Below are positions 41,711-59,249 of a DNA stretch of 64,000 nt, one piece after another (position 1 is the stretch's first letter; each line of letters opens with the position of its first letter). The DNA comes from the human T2T-CHM13v2.0 reference genome, Homo sapiens. The DNA is taken from the NCBI RefSeq assembly GCF_009914755.1, contig NC_060929.1, one strand, 5' to 3'. The translations under genes were made by a program, and so were the position numbers. The notes below the pieces were generated by a model that saw nothing but the letters and a program-made list of their open reading frames with translations, had not been told where the DNA came from and did not search any database.

Positions 41711-44700
41711 AAAAATTGTCCAACGTGAATAATGTATAGAAAAAACAGGTACACAGACCTGTGGAACAACTTTGAGCATACTGTCATGTGTGCAGCGGGA
41801 ATCCCAGAGGGAGAGGAGACAGAGAGAAAAAGTGGCAGAAAAAGTATTTGACAAGACAATGTCTAAGACTTACTAAATTTGATTTTAAAAAAATCTAAGA
41901 AGCTCAGTGGACCCCTATGTAGAATAAACATGAAGAGCTCCACACTATCGTCAAATGACTGAAAGCCAAAACACAGAAGAAATCTTAAAAGCAGCAAGAG
42001 AAAAACAAATCATTATGCAGAGGGGAACAAAAATATAGTAACTGACTTCTAAGTAGAAAGAATGTAAGCCAGAATAGCATACTTAAATGTAGATGAAAAA
42101 ACCATGGATGCAGAATTCTATGTCCAATGAAACTATTTTTTAATTGAAGAAACATGAAGATATTCATAGACATACAAAAATTGATAGAATTCATTTCTGG
42201 GAGACCAGCCCTACAATGAAGACTGAAAAAATAATTCAAGTTGAAAGGAAATGACAAAAGACAGTAATTCAAACTAGCATGAATAATATAGAGCAACAGA
42301 AATTGTAAATAAGAAGTTAAATACAACAAATTATATCTGTCTATCTATCTATCTACCCACACATACATAATTTGCTCTATCTGTACAGATATATGTACAC
42401 ATAGATAGGCAAATAGTATACTGGAGCTATTTTGGAACAAAATTGTCATATTCCACTGGAATTAAGCATCATCATGCTGAAGTAAATTGTGATAAAGATA
42501 TATATTGTAACACTTGAGCAACCACAAACAAAATAACTAAAAAATTATAGCTCAATCAACTAAGAAGCTAAAAATGACAGTCTAAAATATTTTTTACACA
42601 AAAGAGGCAGTAAAGAAAAAGAAATGTTAAAGACGTGAGAGAGAAAACCAACAGCAAAATGACAAGCAATGCAACCATACTGACATTACAGTAAATGTGA
42701 ATTGACTAAGTATTCCAATCAAAAGGCAGAGTTGCACCTATCTGCTTTCTATTAGAGACAAACTCAAGAGTCAAAGGCACAAATTGGTTAAAATAAAGGA
42801 TGAAAAAGATATATTATGCAAACAATATCCATAACAAAGCAGAAATGGCTGCATAAATCAGACAAAATAGACTTTAAGACAATAAATATTACTAGGGAAA
42901 GACAGAACTATTTCTAAATGCTAAAAGGGTCAATGTACCAGGAAATATAACAATTATAAATGCATATGCCCCTCAGAATAGTTCCTCAGAATACATGAAG
43001 CAAACCTGAGAATGGAAAAGAGAAATAGATAATTTAAAATTTGTGGGTGGAGATTTCAATATTTTACTCATTAACATGACTAGAAGCAAAATAAATAAGG
43101 CTGTAGACTTGTAGAACACTACCAACCCATTTGGCATATATAGGACACACCAGCAAATGACTGAAGAATACATGTTCTATTCAAGAGACTTGGAACAATA
43201 TCCAGGGTAGATGATATGCTAGTCTGGTGGATTCAATATTATTAAGATGAAAATTATTCCCAATCAATTCATAACATCAACATAATCTCTATAAATATCT
43301 CTGAAGGCTTATTTTTTTGGTGTGTATAGGAACTGACATGCCGATTCTAAATGTATATGGAAATTAAAAAGTCCTAGCACAGTCAAAACAATTTTAGAAT
43401 TTAGAGTTAAAAAAAAACCTGTGGAATATTTAGCATATCTGATTTCCAAGCTTACTGTGAAGTTGCAGTAATCAAGATAGTGTGACATCATAACAGTAGA
43501 TTTACAAGTCAAAGGGAAGAGAATAGAAGCCCAGAACTAAACCCTCACATGGTTAAATAATTTCTTTTAATGATGCCAAGACCATTCAACAGAGAAAGGA
43601 TAATTTTTCAACAAATCATGCTCAAACAACTGGATATCCATAGGCAAAAATACGTAGATCCTCACATCACACGCAAAAATTAACTCAAAACATGTCATAA
43701 ATTTAAATATAAGAGTTAAAAGTATAAAACTTCTAGAGAAAAGCATAGGAGAAAATCTCTTTACTTTTGACAGGGAAATTTTTATTTACATACGACACTA
43801 AGAACATAATTTGTAAGACAAAAATCTTGATAGATTGCACTTCATAATTAATTGAGAGTACTTTACTCTTTAAAAGACAATATTAAAGATAAGAAAAACT
43901 ACAGGCTGAGATAAAATGTTTGTAAATCATCTGACTTTTACATGACTTATATCTAAAGTATACAAAGCCCTTATAACTTGACAATAAGAATCTCATGATT
44001 GAATTTAAAAATGGGCAACAGACATAAATAGAAAGTTCACCAAAGAAGATACACAAACGGCTACTGAGCACATAAATAGATTTATTAGTCATTAGGGAAA
44101 TGAAAATTAAAACCACATGAGATAGCATTACACATCCAACTAGAATGACTAAAATTAAGAAGAGTAAAAATACCCAAGGTTGGCAAAAATTTGGAAGAAC
44201 AGAAACCCTCACATGGTGCTGATGCACATGAAAAATGATAGTGCCATTTTGGATCAACATTTGTCACTTTCTTAAATAATTTAGCATACACATATTATTT
44301 GACTTAGAAATTGCAGTCTCAGATATCTACACAGGATAAATTAAAACATATGTCCACACAGACTTGTATATAAATGTTCATATCAGCATTTTTCATAATT
44401 GCCTAAAATTGGACACAATTCAAATATCTATCAAATGAGGAACAAGTAACAAAATGTAATACTTCCACACAACGGAATACTACTTAGCAATACAGAGAAT
44501 TATTGACATATGGCAACAACATAGATTAACATCAAAACCATTACGCTTAGGAAAAAAAATTCAGACACAGAATTCTGTGTTTTCTATTATTTTATTTAGA
44601 TAACATTTCTGGAATAAGCAAAATTGCAGAGATAGAAAGCATATCAGTGGTTTTCTGGGCCGAAAATGGAGCAGGAACTGACTACAAATGGGTATGTGGA

Positions 44701-45373
44701 TGTTTTGGGGGGTTGTTATTCATGTCCTAAATCTAGATCAAAATTACAATTGTACAACTGTACAAGTTTACCAAAAATTGTCATACTCTATATTCACAAG
44801 AGGTCAAATTGTGTTTTTCAAATTATATCTCAATAAAGCTGTTAAAAATAACAGCCATATTATCTATAGATCTTTTTTTACTATCTTTGAAAATATTCAT
44901 TTGTAATTTTATTACTGAGGACAAGATTTACAGTTCAGTAAAATTGATATCATTGCCTATATTACGCCCTTTTATAAATTTTATTTTTAATGCTCTGAGA
45001 GTGTATTTATAAAATCAGAAAAGTGCTTTTCATTTTTGATATAGAACTCATAGCCAGCATTTATGTTTCATAACATATAGAAAATATATGTTAAGAATAA
45101 AAACCAAAATAAATTTGTTTCATTGATTCCTAACCTGTGTTTGATCAATCTTTGAGGTCCGTGGTGATTTCAACACTGAAAAAATAAATCAAAGATCACA
45201 CACACTAGAAACAAATGTGTAATGCCATAACATATGCCTAAGAGACTACTCCCAAACCATCCAGAGTTTCTCTTCACTCCAGAGGCATGAGAAAGTCAGA
45301 ACATCTGAGAGAAGACTGTTGCTGTGGGAAGGGGCTTTGAAAATTTGTTTTCAATTTTAAATGGCCAAGTTAT

Positions 45374-46024
45374 TGTGTCCGGAACTGGTTCCTTCCGGTG
45401 GGTTCTTGGTCTTGCTGACTTCAAGAATGAAGTGGCGAATCCTCGTGGTGAGTGTTACGGCTCTTAAAGATGGTATGTCCAGAGTTTGTTCCTTCAGATG
45501 TTCAGATATCTCCGGAGTTTCTTCCTTCTCATGGGTTCCTGTTCTTGCTGACTTTAGGAGTGAAGCTGCAGACCTTCGCAGTGATTGTTACAGCTCTTAA
45601 AGGTGGCACAGACCCAATGAGTGAGCAGCAACAAGGTTCATTGTAAAGAGCAAAAGAACAAAGGTTCCACAGTGGGGAAGGGAACCCAAGGGGGTTGCCA
45701 CTGCTGGCTGGGGTGGCCAGCTTTTAATTCCCTTATTTGATCCTGCCCACATGCTGCTGATTGGTCCATTTTACAGAGCGCTCATTGGTCCATTTTTACA
45801 GAGCACTGATTGGTCCGTTTTACAGAGTGCTGATTGGTGCATTTACAAACCGTTAGCTAGACACAGAGCGCTGATTGGTGCGTTTTTACAGAGGATGATT
45901 GGTGCGTTTACAAACCTTTAGCTAGACACAGAGCACTGATTGGTGCATTTACAATCCTTTAGCTAGACAGAAAAGTTCTTCAAGTCCCCACCCCACCCAG
46001 AAGCCCAGCCAGCTTCACCTGTCA
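45374..46024 (-). mobile_element. LTR12-family (ERV9) solo LTR
   Basis: Plus strand TGTGTCCGG...CACCTGTCA. 4-bp TSD TTAT (45370-45373, 46025-46028). Tandem CTGATTGGT repeats (7 ATTGG/CCAAT boxes). Duplicated U5 unit GGGTTC..CTTGCTGACTT. Confidence 0.92.
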
Positions 46025-46734
46025 TTATGATGAGGCTAGAAAGAGTCTATTTCCGAGCCAGTTATCAGCATGGGTAAAGAGAACTCCTTTTAAAATTTGA
46101 ATTACATAGTAGCTAAAGACATGTTATTAACGATACATTGGAGTTCTGCTATACAGACCATTGTCATGTACAGATATGAAAATGTCTTTTATTAATTGAA
46201 AGTACTGCTATAAATTTTTCAGGTGTCAGAATAATGCATGTACTGTTACAGATAATGATATATTTTGTCATATTCTTTGGTGTTTTAGGCATTGTAAATG
46301 CATAGTAGTATCTATTTTGCTGTGTTTAAACTACTGGATATACTTTCTTTTTTTATTAAGTCATAGTGCTTTCTTCAATGGCTTAAATTATTCACCACAA
46401 TCAACACTTTCGTGTAGCAAGTCCAAAATCCAGTATGGCTGAACTTCCATTGGAGAAGGGGTTCATGTCAAGTTGGAGACAGCAGTCAGCTCTAACTATC
46501 TCTTCAACATTTTCTTCTCCTTTCCCCACACCTCACATTTAGAGACAGGGACATGAAGTAAGAGAGTCTGCTATGATTAACCTTCTAAGCTTCACCCCGA
46601 GCAGAGCCTGGTTCAGAACCTGTTGTGTGGACATGCTGGGAGAATACATTTCAGTTTTCCATGAGGTAGATTTCGGTGTCATGCTGTTAGGTAACCAATT
46701 TGAAGTGTTCATAGTAAATTTTTGTAAGCTTTCC

Positions 46735-46865
46735 AGAGGAAAAGCTCTGGACTTGAAGCTAGACATCCTGAGTTTTAGTTCCACTGCTTACTAGCTTCCT
46801 GTCTGAATAAGTTATGACTTCTTTGAACCTCTGTATTTTCATGTGTGCATTGAGAATCTTATGTA
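46735..46865 (+). mobile_element. MIR
   Basis: AAAGCTCTGGACTTGAAG..CCTGAGTTTTAGTTCCACTGCTTACTAGC..CTTTGAACCTC. Confidence 0.65.
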
Positions 46866-46886
46866 ATTAGTTATTTGTGATGTTCC

Positions 46887-47183
46887 TTTTTTGAGACAGA
46901 GTCTTGCTCTGTCGCCTGGGCTGGAGTGCAGTGGTGCGATCTCACTGCAAGCTTGCTCACTGCAAGCTCCGCCTCCTGGGTTCACACCATTCTCCTGCCT
47001 CAGCCTCCCGAGTAGCTGAGACCACAGGCACGTGCCACCACACCCAGCCAATTTTTTCTATTTTTAGTAGAGACGGGGTTTCACCGTGTTAGCCAGGATG
47101 GTCTCGATCTCCTGACCTCGTGATCTACCCACCTCGGCCTTCCAAAGTGCTGGGATTACAGCTGTGAGCCACCACGCCCGGCT
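46887..47183 (-). mobile_element. AluY with internal 13-bp duplication
   Basis: GCAAGCTCCGCC and CCATTCTCC diagnostics. CTCACTGCAAGCT occurs twice. Confidence 0.92.
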
Positions 47184-47809
47184 GTATATTCTCTAACTTT
47201 TATGACTTTAAGCTTGATGGTGTTGCCATACACCAACCCCTTCTCACTTTAATCATAGGGAAGATTTCTGCAATGTATGAAGCATACAGGAAGACAGCTC
47301 TGCGAAATTATCATTCTAGGAGAGAATCTTGGGAGAGAGATGTAAAGAGATTGTACGTTCTATTCTTCATGTGCTTGCACTTGTTTCTCCGTCTCTTTAA
47401 ATGTCTGATATGAGGCTTCATGGTGTTTTATGTGTGTGGTCAAAGTTGGAGTGATCAGAAGGAACAATGGAGAGGAAACAAGTCTAGTTACTCTGGTTCA
47501 ATGATAGTTTAGGCACAGTAGTAGAGATTTGCACCTTCAATCCCTGTCTCTATCCACTAACAGTCTTAAGAAACACAATGATTTCACTGAGTTAGGTAGG
47601 TGCTAGATGAGAAATCTATCCTGATCTTTTCATAACAAGTCTCATCCTTTCCCTGGATAGTATCAAAGGCTCATTAAGCATCAAAACTCTCTTTCTCTGA
47701 CCCCTCTCCCCAAGATTGAAACAGTCTCTTTCTCTCTCAATTACAACATGTGTGACCAGTTTATAGGAAAATGTTTATAAACTTAACTACTTAAAAGCCG
47801 CTGATGATT

Positions 47810-48713
47810 GGAGGAGCCAAGATGGCCGAATAGGAACAGCTCCAGTCTACAGCTCCCAGCGTGAGCGACGCAGAAGACCGGTGATTTCTCCATTTCCATC
47901 TGAGGTACCGGGTTCATCTCACTAGGGAGTGCCAGACAGTGGGCGCAGGCCAGTGTGTGCGCGCACCGTGCGCGAGCCGAAGCAGGGCGAGGCATTGCCT
48001 CACCTGGGAAGCGCAAGGGGTCAGGGAGTTCCCTTTCCGAGTCAAAGAAAGGGGTGACGGACGCACCTGGAAAATCGGGTCACTCCCACCCGAATATTGC
48101 GCTTTTCAGACCGGCTTAAAAAACGGCGCACCACGAGACTATATCCCACACCTGGCTCAGAGGGTCCTACGCCCACGGAATCTCGCTGATTGCTAGCACA
48201 GCAGTCTGAGATCAAACTGCAAGGCGGCAACGAGGCTGGGGGAGGGGCGCCCGCCATTGCCCAGGCTTGCTTAGGTAAACAAAGCAGCCGGGAAGCTCGA
48301 ACTGGGTGGAGCCCACCACAGCTCAAGGAGGCCTGCCTGCCTCTGTAGGCTCCACCTCTGGGGGCAGGGCACAGACAAACAAAAAGACAGCAGTAACCTC
48401 TGCAGACTTAAGTGTCCCTGTCTGACAGCTTTGAAGAGAGCAGTGGTTCTCCCAGCACGCAGCTGGAGATCTGAGAACGGGCAGACTGCCTCCTCAAGTG
48501 GGTCCCTGACCCCTGACCCCCGAGCAGCCTAACTGGGAGGCACCCCCCCAGCAGGGGCACACTGACACCTCACACGGCAGGGTATTCCAACAGACCTGCA
48601 GCTGAGGGTCCTGTCTGTTAGAAGGAAAACTAACAACCAGAAAGGACATCTACACCGAAAACCCATCTGTACATCACCATCATCAAAGACCAAAAGTAGA
48701 TAAAACCACAAAG
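47810..48713. promoter_or_regulatory. L1 5'UTR: CpG-rich internal sense promoter and antisense promoter
   Basis: YY1 site CAAGATGGCCG near the 5' end is intact and CpGs are dense. Promoter activity is established knowledge for this family, not shown here. Confidence 0.85.
48042..48257 (-). CDS. ORF0: L1 ORF0 (antisense, primate-specific), 71 aa
   Basis: MAGAPPPASLPPCSLISDCCASNQRDSVGVGPSEPG...RHPFL, from the second Met of track ORF 48042..48326. Matches recalled ORF0. Confidence 0.9.
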   Translation of the reverse strand: MAGAPPPASLPPCSLISDCCASNQRDSVGVGPSEPGVGYSLVVRRFLSRSEKRNIRVGVTRFSRCVRHPFL

Positions 48714-49730
48714 ATGGGGAAAAAACAGAACAGAAAAACTGGAAACTCTAAAACGCAGAGCGCCTCTCCTCCTCCAAAGGAACGCAGTTCCTCACCAGCA
48801 ACGGAACAAAGCTGGATGGAGAATGATTTTGACGAGCTGAGAGAAGAAGGCTTCAGACGATCAAATTACTCTGAGCTACGGGAGGACATTCAAACCAAAG
48901 GCAAAGAAGTTGAAAACTTTGAAAAAAATTTAGAAGAATGTATAACTAGAATAACCAATACAGAGAACTGCTTAAAGGAGCTGATGGAGCTGAAAACCAA
49001 GGCTCGAGAACTACGTGAAGAATGCAGAAGCCTCAGGAGCCGATGCGATCAACTGGAAGAAAGGGTATCAGCAATGGAAGATGAAATGAATGAAATGAAG
49101 CGAGAAGGGAAGTTTAGAGAAAAAAGAATAAAAAGAAATGAGCAAAGCCTCCAAGAAATATGGGACTATGTGAAAAGACCAAATCTACGTCTGATTGGTG
49201 TACCTGAAAGTGATGTGGAGAATGGAACCAAGTTGGAAAACACTCTGCAGGATATTATCCAGGAGAACTTCCCCAATCTAGCAAGGCAGGCCAACGTTCA
49301 GATTCAGGAAATACAGAGAACGCCACAAAGATTCTCCTCGAGAAGAGCAACTCCAAGACACATAATTGTCAGATTCACCAAAGTTGAAATGAAGGAAAAA
49401 ATATTAAGGGCAGCCAGAGAGAAAGGTCGGGTTACCCTCAAAGGAAAGCCCATCAGACTAACAGCGGATCTCTCAGCAGAAACCCTACAAGCCAGAAGAG
49501 AGTGGGGGCCAATATTCAACATTCTTAAAGAAAAGAATTTTCAACCCAGAATTTCATATCCAGCCAAACTAAGCTTCATAAGTGAAGGAGAAATAAAATA
49601 CTTTATAGACAAGCAAATGCTGAGAGATTTTGTCACCACCAGGCCTGCCCTAAAAGAGCTCCTGAAGGAAGTGCTAAACATGGAAAGGAACAACCGGTAC
49701 CAGCCGCTGCAAAATCATGCCAAAATGTAA
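48714..49730 (+). CDS. ORF1: L1 ORF1p (RNA-binding/chaperone: coiled coil, RRM, CTD), 338 aa
   Basis: MGKKQNRKTGNSKTQSASPPPKERSSS...QNHAKM. REKG(235-238), RR(261-262) and YPAKLS(282-287) motifs intact. Confidence 0.99.
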   Translation: MGKKQNRKTGNSKTQSASPPPKERSSSPATEQSWMENDFDELREEGFRRSNYSELREDIQTKGKEVENFEKNLEECITRITNTENCLKELMELKTKARELREECRSLRSRCDQLEERVSAMEDEMNEMKREGKFREKRIKRNEQSLQEIWDYVKRPNLRLIGVPESDVENGTKLENTLQDIIQENFPNLARQANVQIQEIQRTPQRFSSRRATPRHIIVRFTKVEMKEKILRAAREKGRVTLKGKPIRLTADLSAETLQARREWGPIFNILKEKNFQPRISYPAKLSFISEGEIKYFIDKQMLRDFVTTRPALKELLKEVLNMERNNRYQPLQNHAKM

Positions 49731-49766
49731 AGACCATCGAGACTAGGAAGAAACTGCATCAACTAA

Positions 49767-53621
<3,855 letters not shown>

Positions 53622-54278
53622 ACAATGAGATCACATGGACACAGGCAGGGGAATATCACACTCTGGGGACTGTGGTGGGGTCGGGGGAGTGGGGAGGGAT
53701 AGCATTGGGAGATATATCTAATGCTAGATGACACGTTAGTGGGTGCAGCGCACCAGCATGGCACATGTATACATATGTAACTAACCTGCACAATGTGCAC
53801 ATGTACCCTAAAACTTAAAGTATAATAATAATAATAATTAAAAAAGAAAAAAAAAAAAAAAAGCCGCTGATATTTGTTTAGAGTTTTTAGGCCAACCAAT
53901 TTAAATGGATACTTAATTGAAAAGTACAATTATTTCTATGGCTTGGCAGAAAGCAATCTTAGAGCTCATTAAGAATTGAATGTCAAAGGAGAGGTAGGTG
54001 GGCAGATCACTAAAACACAAATTATGAAACAGATTTCCACGAATAGTTTTGCCTAATTTTCCCTGTACTTGCTGCATTTTCTTGTTTAAAGTCATTGGAA
54101 TGAAGTGCTGTGTTTCTAAGTGTTACAAAAGAGTGAGAATGATAATACATTTTATCACATTGGGAATTATCTTTCTTACCGATGGTATGCTGTTTGCCAT
54201 GTCCTTTAAATTAAGCATTGTAATAAATAGATTAAGGAAGATCTTTGTACTTGGAATTATAGTTTTGTAGAGCATGTC

Positions 54279-54711
54279 TGCTATGCTTTGAATGTCTCCT
54301 CCAAAACTCATGTTGAAACTTAATCTCTAATATGGCAGTATTGAGAGGTGGGGACTTTAACAGGTGATTGGATCAGGAAGGCTCTGCCTTAATAAATGAA
54401 TTGAGTCACACATAAATTAATGGATTAATGGGTTAATAGATTAGTGGTTTATCATGGGAGTGGAACTGTGGATTTATAAAAAGAGGAGGAGAGACCTGAG
54501 CTAGCACATTAACAGACTCAACCTCCTTGCTATGTGATGCTCTGCACCTCCTTGCAACTTTTCAATGTCCCCACCAAAAAAGAGGCTCTCACAGGATACT
54601 TTCTCCACTTTGGGCTTCCTAACCTCCTGACTGTAAGAAATAAATTTCATTTCTTATACATAACCCAATTTCAAGCATTCTGTTGTAAGCAACAGCAAAT
54701 GGACTAAGACA
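54279..54711 (+). mobile_element. MST-family MaLR solo LTR
   Basis: TGCTATGCTTTGAATG...GGACTAAGACA. TSD (A/G)TGTC. Confidence 0.85.
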
Positions 54712-56286
54712 GTGTCTGTGGAAAGAAAACTGCTTCTGCCTTCCAAGGCAAATATAATTACCTTGGTATTCCAAGTCACTAAGAATCTTCCTCTTGGGAA
54801 GCAGCTGGGTGGGTGAGCTCATGGGGACAACACTGTCAGGAGCTGAGGAACTTTTGCAGCTGCCTCCACCAAGCCAAGTATTTCTCTTCTGACTCCTAAA
54901 GTCAACACTGAAATCCTTCCGATTGCTTTCTGTCTCCCGCAGAGAGATTTCCTTGAGCAGGGTGAAATCTGGCCCAGAAATATCCAGCTTCAAATCTTAA
55001 TGTTTTGTGATGCCAGTCAGTGGGTAAATGTGAATACAAGTTGGCAATCTTTTGCCTTAGTTAGACAGTTACTGAAGTTTAGCTATACTAGGCAGACATA
55101 AAAAATGCTTCCGAATATTCCACATGCTTTCTTTAATTGTATTTCCCTGAATCTGCTCTAGGAAAGCTTTTTTTAGCAGATGTTCCGACAATCTGGAACT
55201 GCCCTAGCAATTAATTTTTATAGCCCACGGGTTGAGAATGTGTTAAATGGAAATATGCCTACTGGAAACATATGTGTTGTTGACACTTTTTATAGAAACA
55301 GCTAACAGTATATTGCAGCAAACACATCTCATTTATGGGAAGTTAACTTTTTTCCTCTCTGGAGCATTGCTCGGACATTCTTCTTCTATTCTATTGCCAC
55401 GCAGTTTGTTAAAATGTTAAATATTCTTTGCTTTGAGCATTTGAGTTTTCTCACTGGGATCTCTGACACTAACCTTCATATATATGTGTGTGTGTGTGTG
55501 TACACACATACATATACACACATGAGTAGATATGCAGGTGGTTTCTTCTATCCCTGCTGTACCTCTGACCACTTCATTAAGCTCCTCAAAGTCTTATTCT
55601 CTATCTTTACTCACTTGTATCAGTAGACGACCATGGATTTTGAGATTTCAAAACTACTAGTTAATTTTCTCCATTCAAACTCCCCGTTAGTGTGCTTGCC
55701 AACTCTAATGTGTTATTTCCTCCCCTGGAAAGCATGTATATATAGGTACTTCAGAAATTATTAAAAAGATTTTTATCATCCTTCAGACTTCCATCAGATT
55801 TGTGCTCAAAATTTACAGGACAAACAGTAATGAGAATACCAGAAACACTGTTTTATGAATTTTTGTTGACTCTTTACAAATGTATATTGGTTATAAAAGG
55901 ATTTGTAATTAATTAATTAAATTTCTTCATAGATTTTCATTTTAATAATTATTAATATTATTTTATTCTGTATGTCCTTCTTATTCGCTGGGAATCTAAG
56001 GAATACAATATCACATTTCATCTTCATCTAATGAGGGCTGAGAGTTAAATTTCTTGTAAACATCAGGGAGGCTCAGAAGTGCAACTTTTACTACCACATA
56101 AAAGTATTCCCCAGTCTAAACTGTTCTAGATCTGAATTTCTTTCTGTTTACTCCTTTAACTAGCTTTTCTTGGAAGTACTGATGTTTTTGTTTTTCTTTT
56201 CAATTAGGCTTCTCTAACCTTGAAAAGGCATGAGCAGGCCCTGAGAAAATGAGTAACCAAAGAAGTAGGAGGAAAACAAAGAGAAA

Positions 56287-56570
56287 GGCTGGGCACTGTG
56301 GCTCACCCCTGTAATCATAGCACTTTGGAAGGCCGAGGTGGGCAGATTACTTTCAACATGGTGAAACCTTGTCTCTACAAAAAATACAAAAATTAGCTGG
56401 TTGTGGTGGTGCACACCTGTAGTCTGAGCTACTTGGGAGGCTGAGGTGGGAGGATGACTTGAACCTTGGGAGGCAGAGGTTGCAGTGAGGTGAGATTGCA
56501 TCACTGCACTCGAGCCTGAACAACAGAGACTCTGTTTCAAAAAGAAAGAAAAGACAACACAACAACAAAC
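56287..56570 (+). mobile_element. AluJ-like with left-arm deletion
   Basis: Dimer lacking the B-box segment. Confidence 0.88.
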
Positions 56571-56579
56571 CTAAGAAAA

Positions 56580-57450
<871 letters not shown>

Positions 57451-57595
57451 CTATTTTATATAAAGCCTTTGCACAAAGTATAAATCCCCTTCATGCCGTT
57501 CTAATACAACTACTGGCAGTACCTGTGTCTAGACATTGCACCCGACATGTACTTCACTTCTGTAATAATTTCTTTCTCAGTTGATTTCTTCACTT

Positions 57596-57607
57596 TGTGT
57601 GTGTGTG

Positions 57608-57681
<74 letters not shown>
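57596..57681. repeat. (TG)n followed by long pure (TA)n (~34 units)
   Basis: Seen directly. Confidence 0.97.
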
Positions 57682-57686
<5 letters not shown>

Positions 57687-59159
57687 GTGGCTTCATACTC
57701 AATCTAGTACTCCCCAAATAAGGAAAAGCTTGCAGAGTATACCTGAAAGTGATGACCTAGTGTGTGTATGTATATTTATTTCCCTCAACTATTTTCCAAA
57801 GGACTTTGAGAAGTGTTGCTCCAAAAGGCACACACATAATAGGCCTGAGCATATGCCTCTGGTGCACTGCCTCAGTCTCCTGGGCCCTCCTCTGAGTTCA
57901 ACCACAGCAGCAGTAGAGATTCTCTAAAAGCTCAGACTTGCCTTAGCATCCTTGTGTCATCTTCCTACCCAAAGGCCGTTCTGAAGACTAGCCTGCAGCA
58001 AAAATAGCCCAGGAGCCCCAATCAGTGCAGAACAAGGAACAATGAATGATTTCAGTCTTCTTTACATGAGAATTTGTTTCACTGCATAAAATCTTCATTC
58101 TTGTCCTTCAGGGGCAATTCCGGACAGCATGCTATACACTTCTTAGGAGGATCTAACCAAACTGAGCACTCGCTGCCCTTGTCCCCCATGAGTGACTTTT
58201 CTAACAGACAATCTGAACCCAGATACTTGACTTAGGCTCTGTTTTCTGACTATTTAAATAAAAAGAATACTTAAAACCACAGAAGGAGCTGTAAAAGAAG
58301 ATAAAATACATCTCAGCTAATATAGATAACAATATTTAGAAACTAAATTTTAATCTGAAACTCCCTGGTAGCCAAAGCTCATAGAAAAAAAAAAAAGAAA
58401 AAGATGGACAAATGTTTACTATTTTCTTACAAAAAGGAGCATACTGATTCATTTGGAGAAATTCATTTACCTCTTGGGGAAGAATTATGATATAAAGAAA
58501 AGACAAACATGGGTAAGATATTATAGTACCTTAAAATGAAACATTGTAGTGGGGCAGTCATATTTGTCACACTTCTCCATCAGAAAAGCTGAGATCTTAA
58601 GGTGGTTTATGCACAATTCAGTATATGTGATCAAGGATATATAATGCATCTTAAGTTTGTCATCTGCATGCTTCTGGTCATTCCAAAATTTAAAAAATCA
58701 TGCTGTACTATGATATTGCTATATAAAACCCTGATGCCTTTTTAAAAAGGTAGAATATGAAAATCTAAATCTGGTTAAATATTTTCTCTTGTTGTGTAAA
58801 CCTTAAAATAAGCCAATAATGCTTTGATTTGATTTGTAATTAGTCTGGCAAACTTCTCTCCCCTTGGAAATAAATGCGTAGTCTAGATTTTAGTCCAAGA
58901 AAAGGCAAACATGTCATACCTAAAACAATAGTGTCCTTCAGGTTTAAAAAAATATGTTGGCTGAGATAAGAATGCCTTGACTAGTTCAAAAATATGGGTT
59001 TTTTTCCTATTGCTTATAGCCAGCGTTACACAACAAGAGTAAGCAAGCTACTGCCTGACTTTTCTATGTAGCTAATCAATCTACAAATAGTAATTTTGTG
59101 AAAGATTACAAGCAGAAACTTCTATCAGTGCACTCTGCTTAGTTTGTAGAGTGAGGTGT

Positions 59160-59186
59160 TTTGTTGTTGTTGTTGTTGTTGTTGTT
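59160..59186. repeat. (GTT)n microsatellite
   Basis: Seen directly. Confidence 0.9.
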
Positions 59187-59249
59187 TTCTGAGGAGTCCA
59201 AGACCTATTTGAAACACTAGTTCAGGGCCTCCAGCATATGTTATTTCTT

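Larger units (their letters stand above)
40000..44848 (+). mobile_element. Old near-complete L1M (L1MB-like) with large ORF2 deletion
   Basis: 5'UTR-like region, decayed ORF1 (41150-42330), EN start (42660-43220), jump to post-RT ORF2, and 3' end CTCAATAAAGCTGTTAAAAA. 5' boundary approximate. Confidence 0.8.

Noticed and set aside
45750-45970. Regularly spaced CTGATTGG repeats as a CRISPR-like array
   Set aside because: This is the normal LTR12 U3 CCAAT enhancer repeat, and the intervening parts are themselves repeats.
53701-53830. Calling the L1 Ta or L1PA2
   Set aside because: The diagnostic trinucleotide is ACG, not ACA or GAG.
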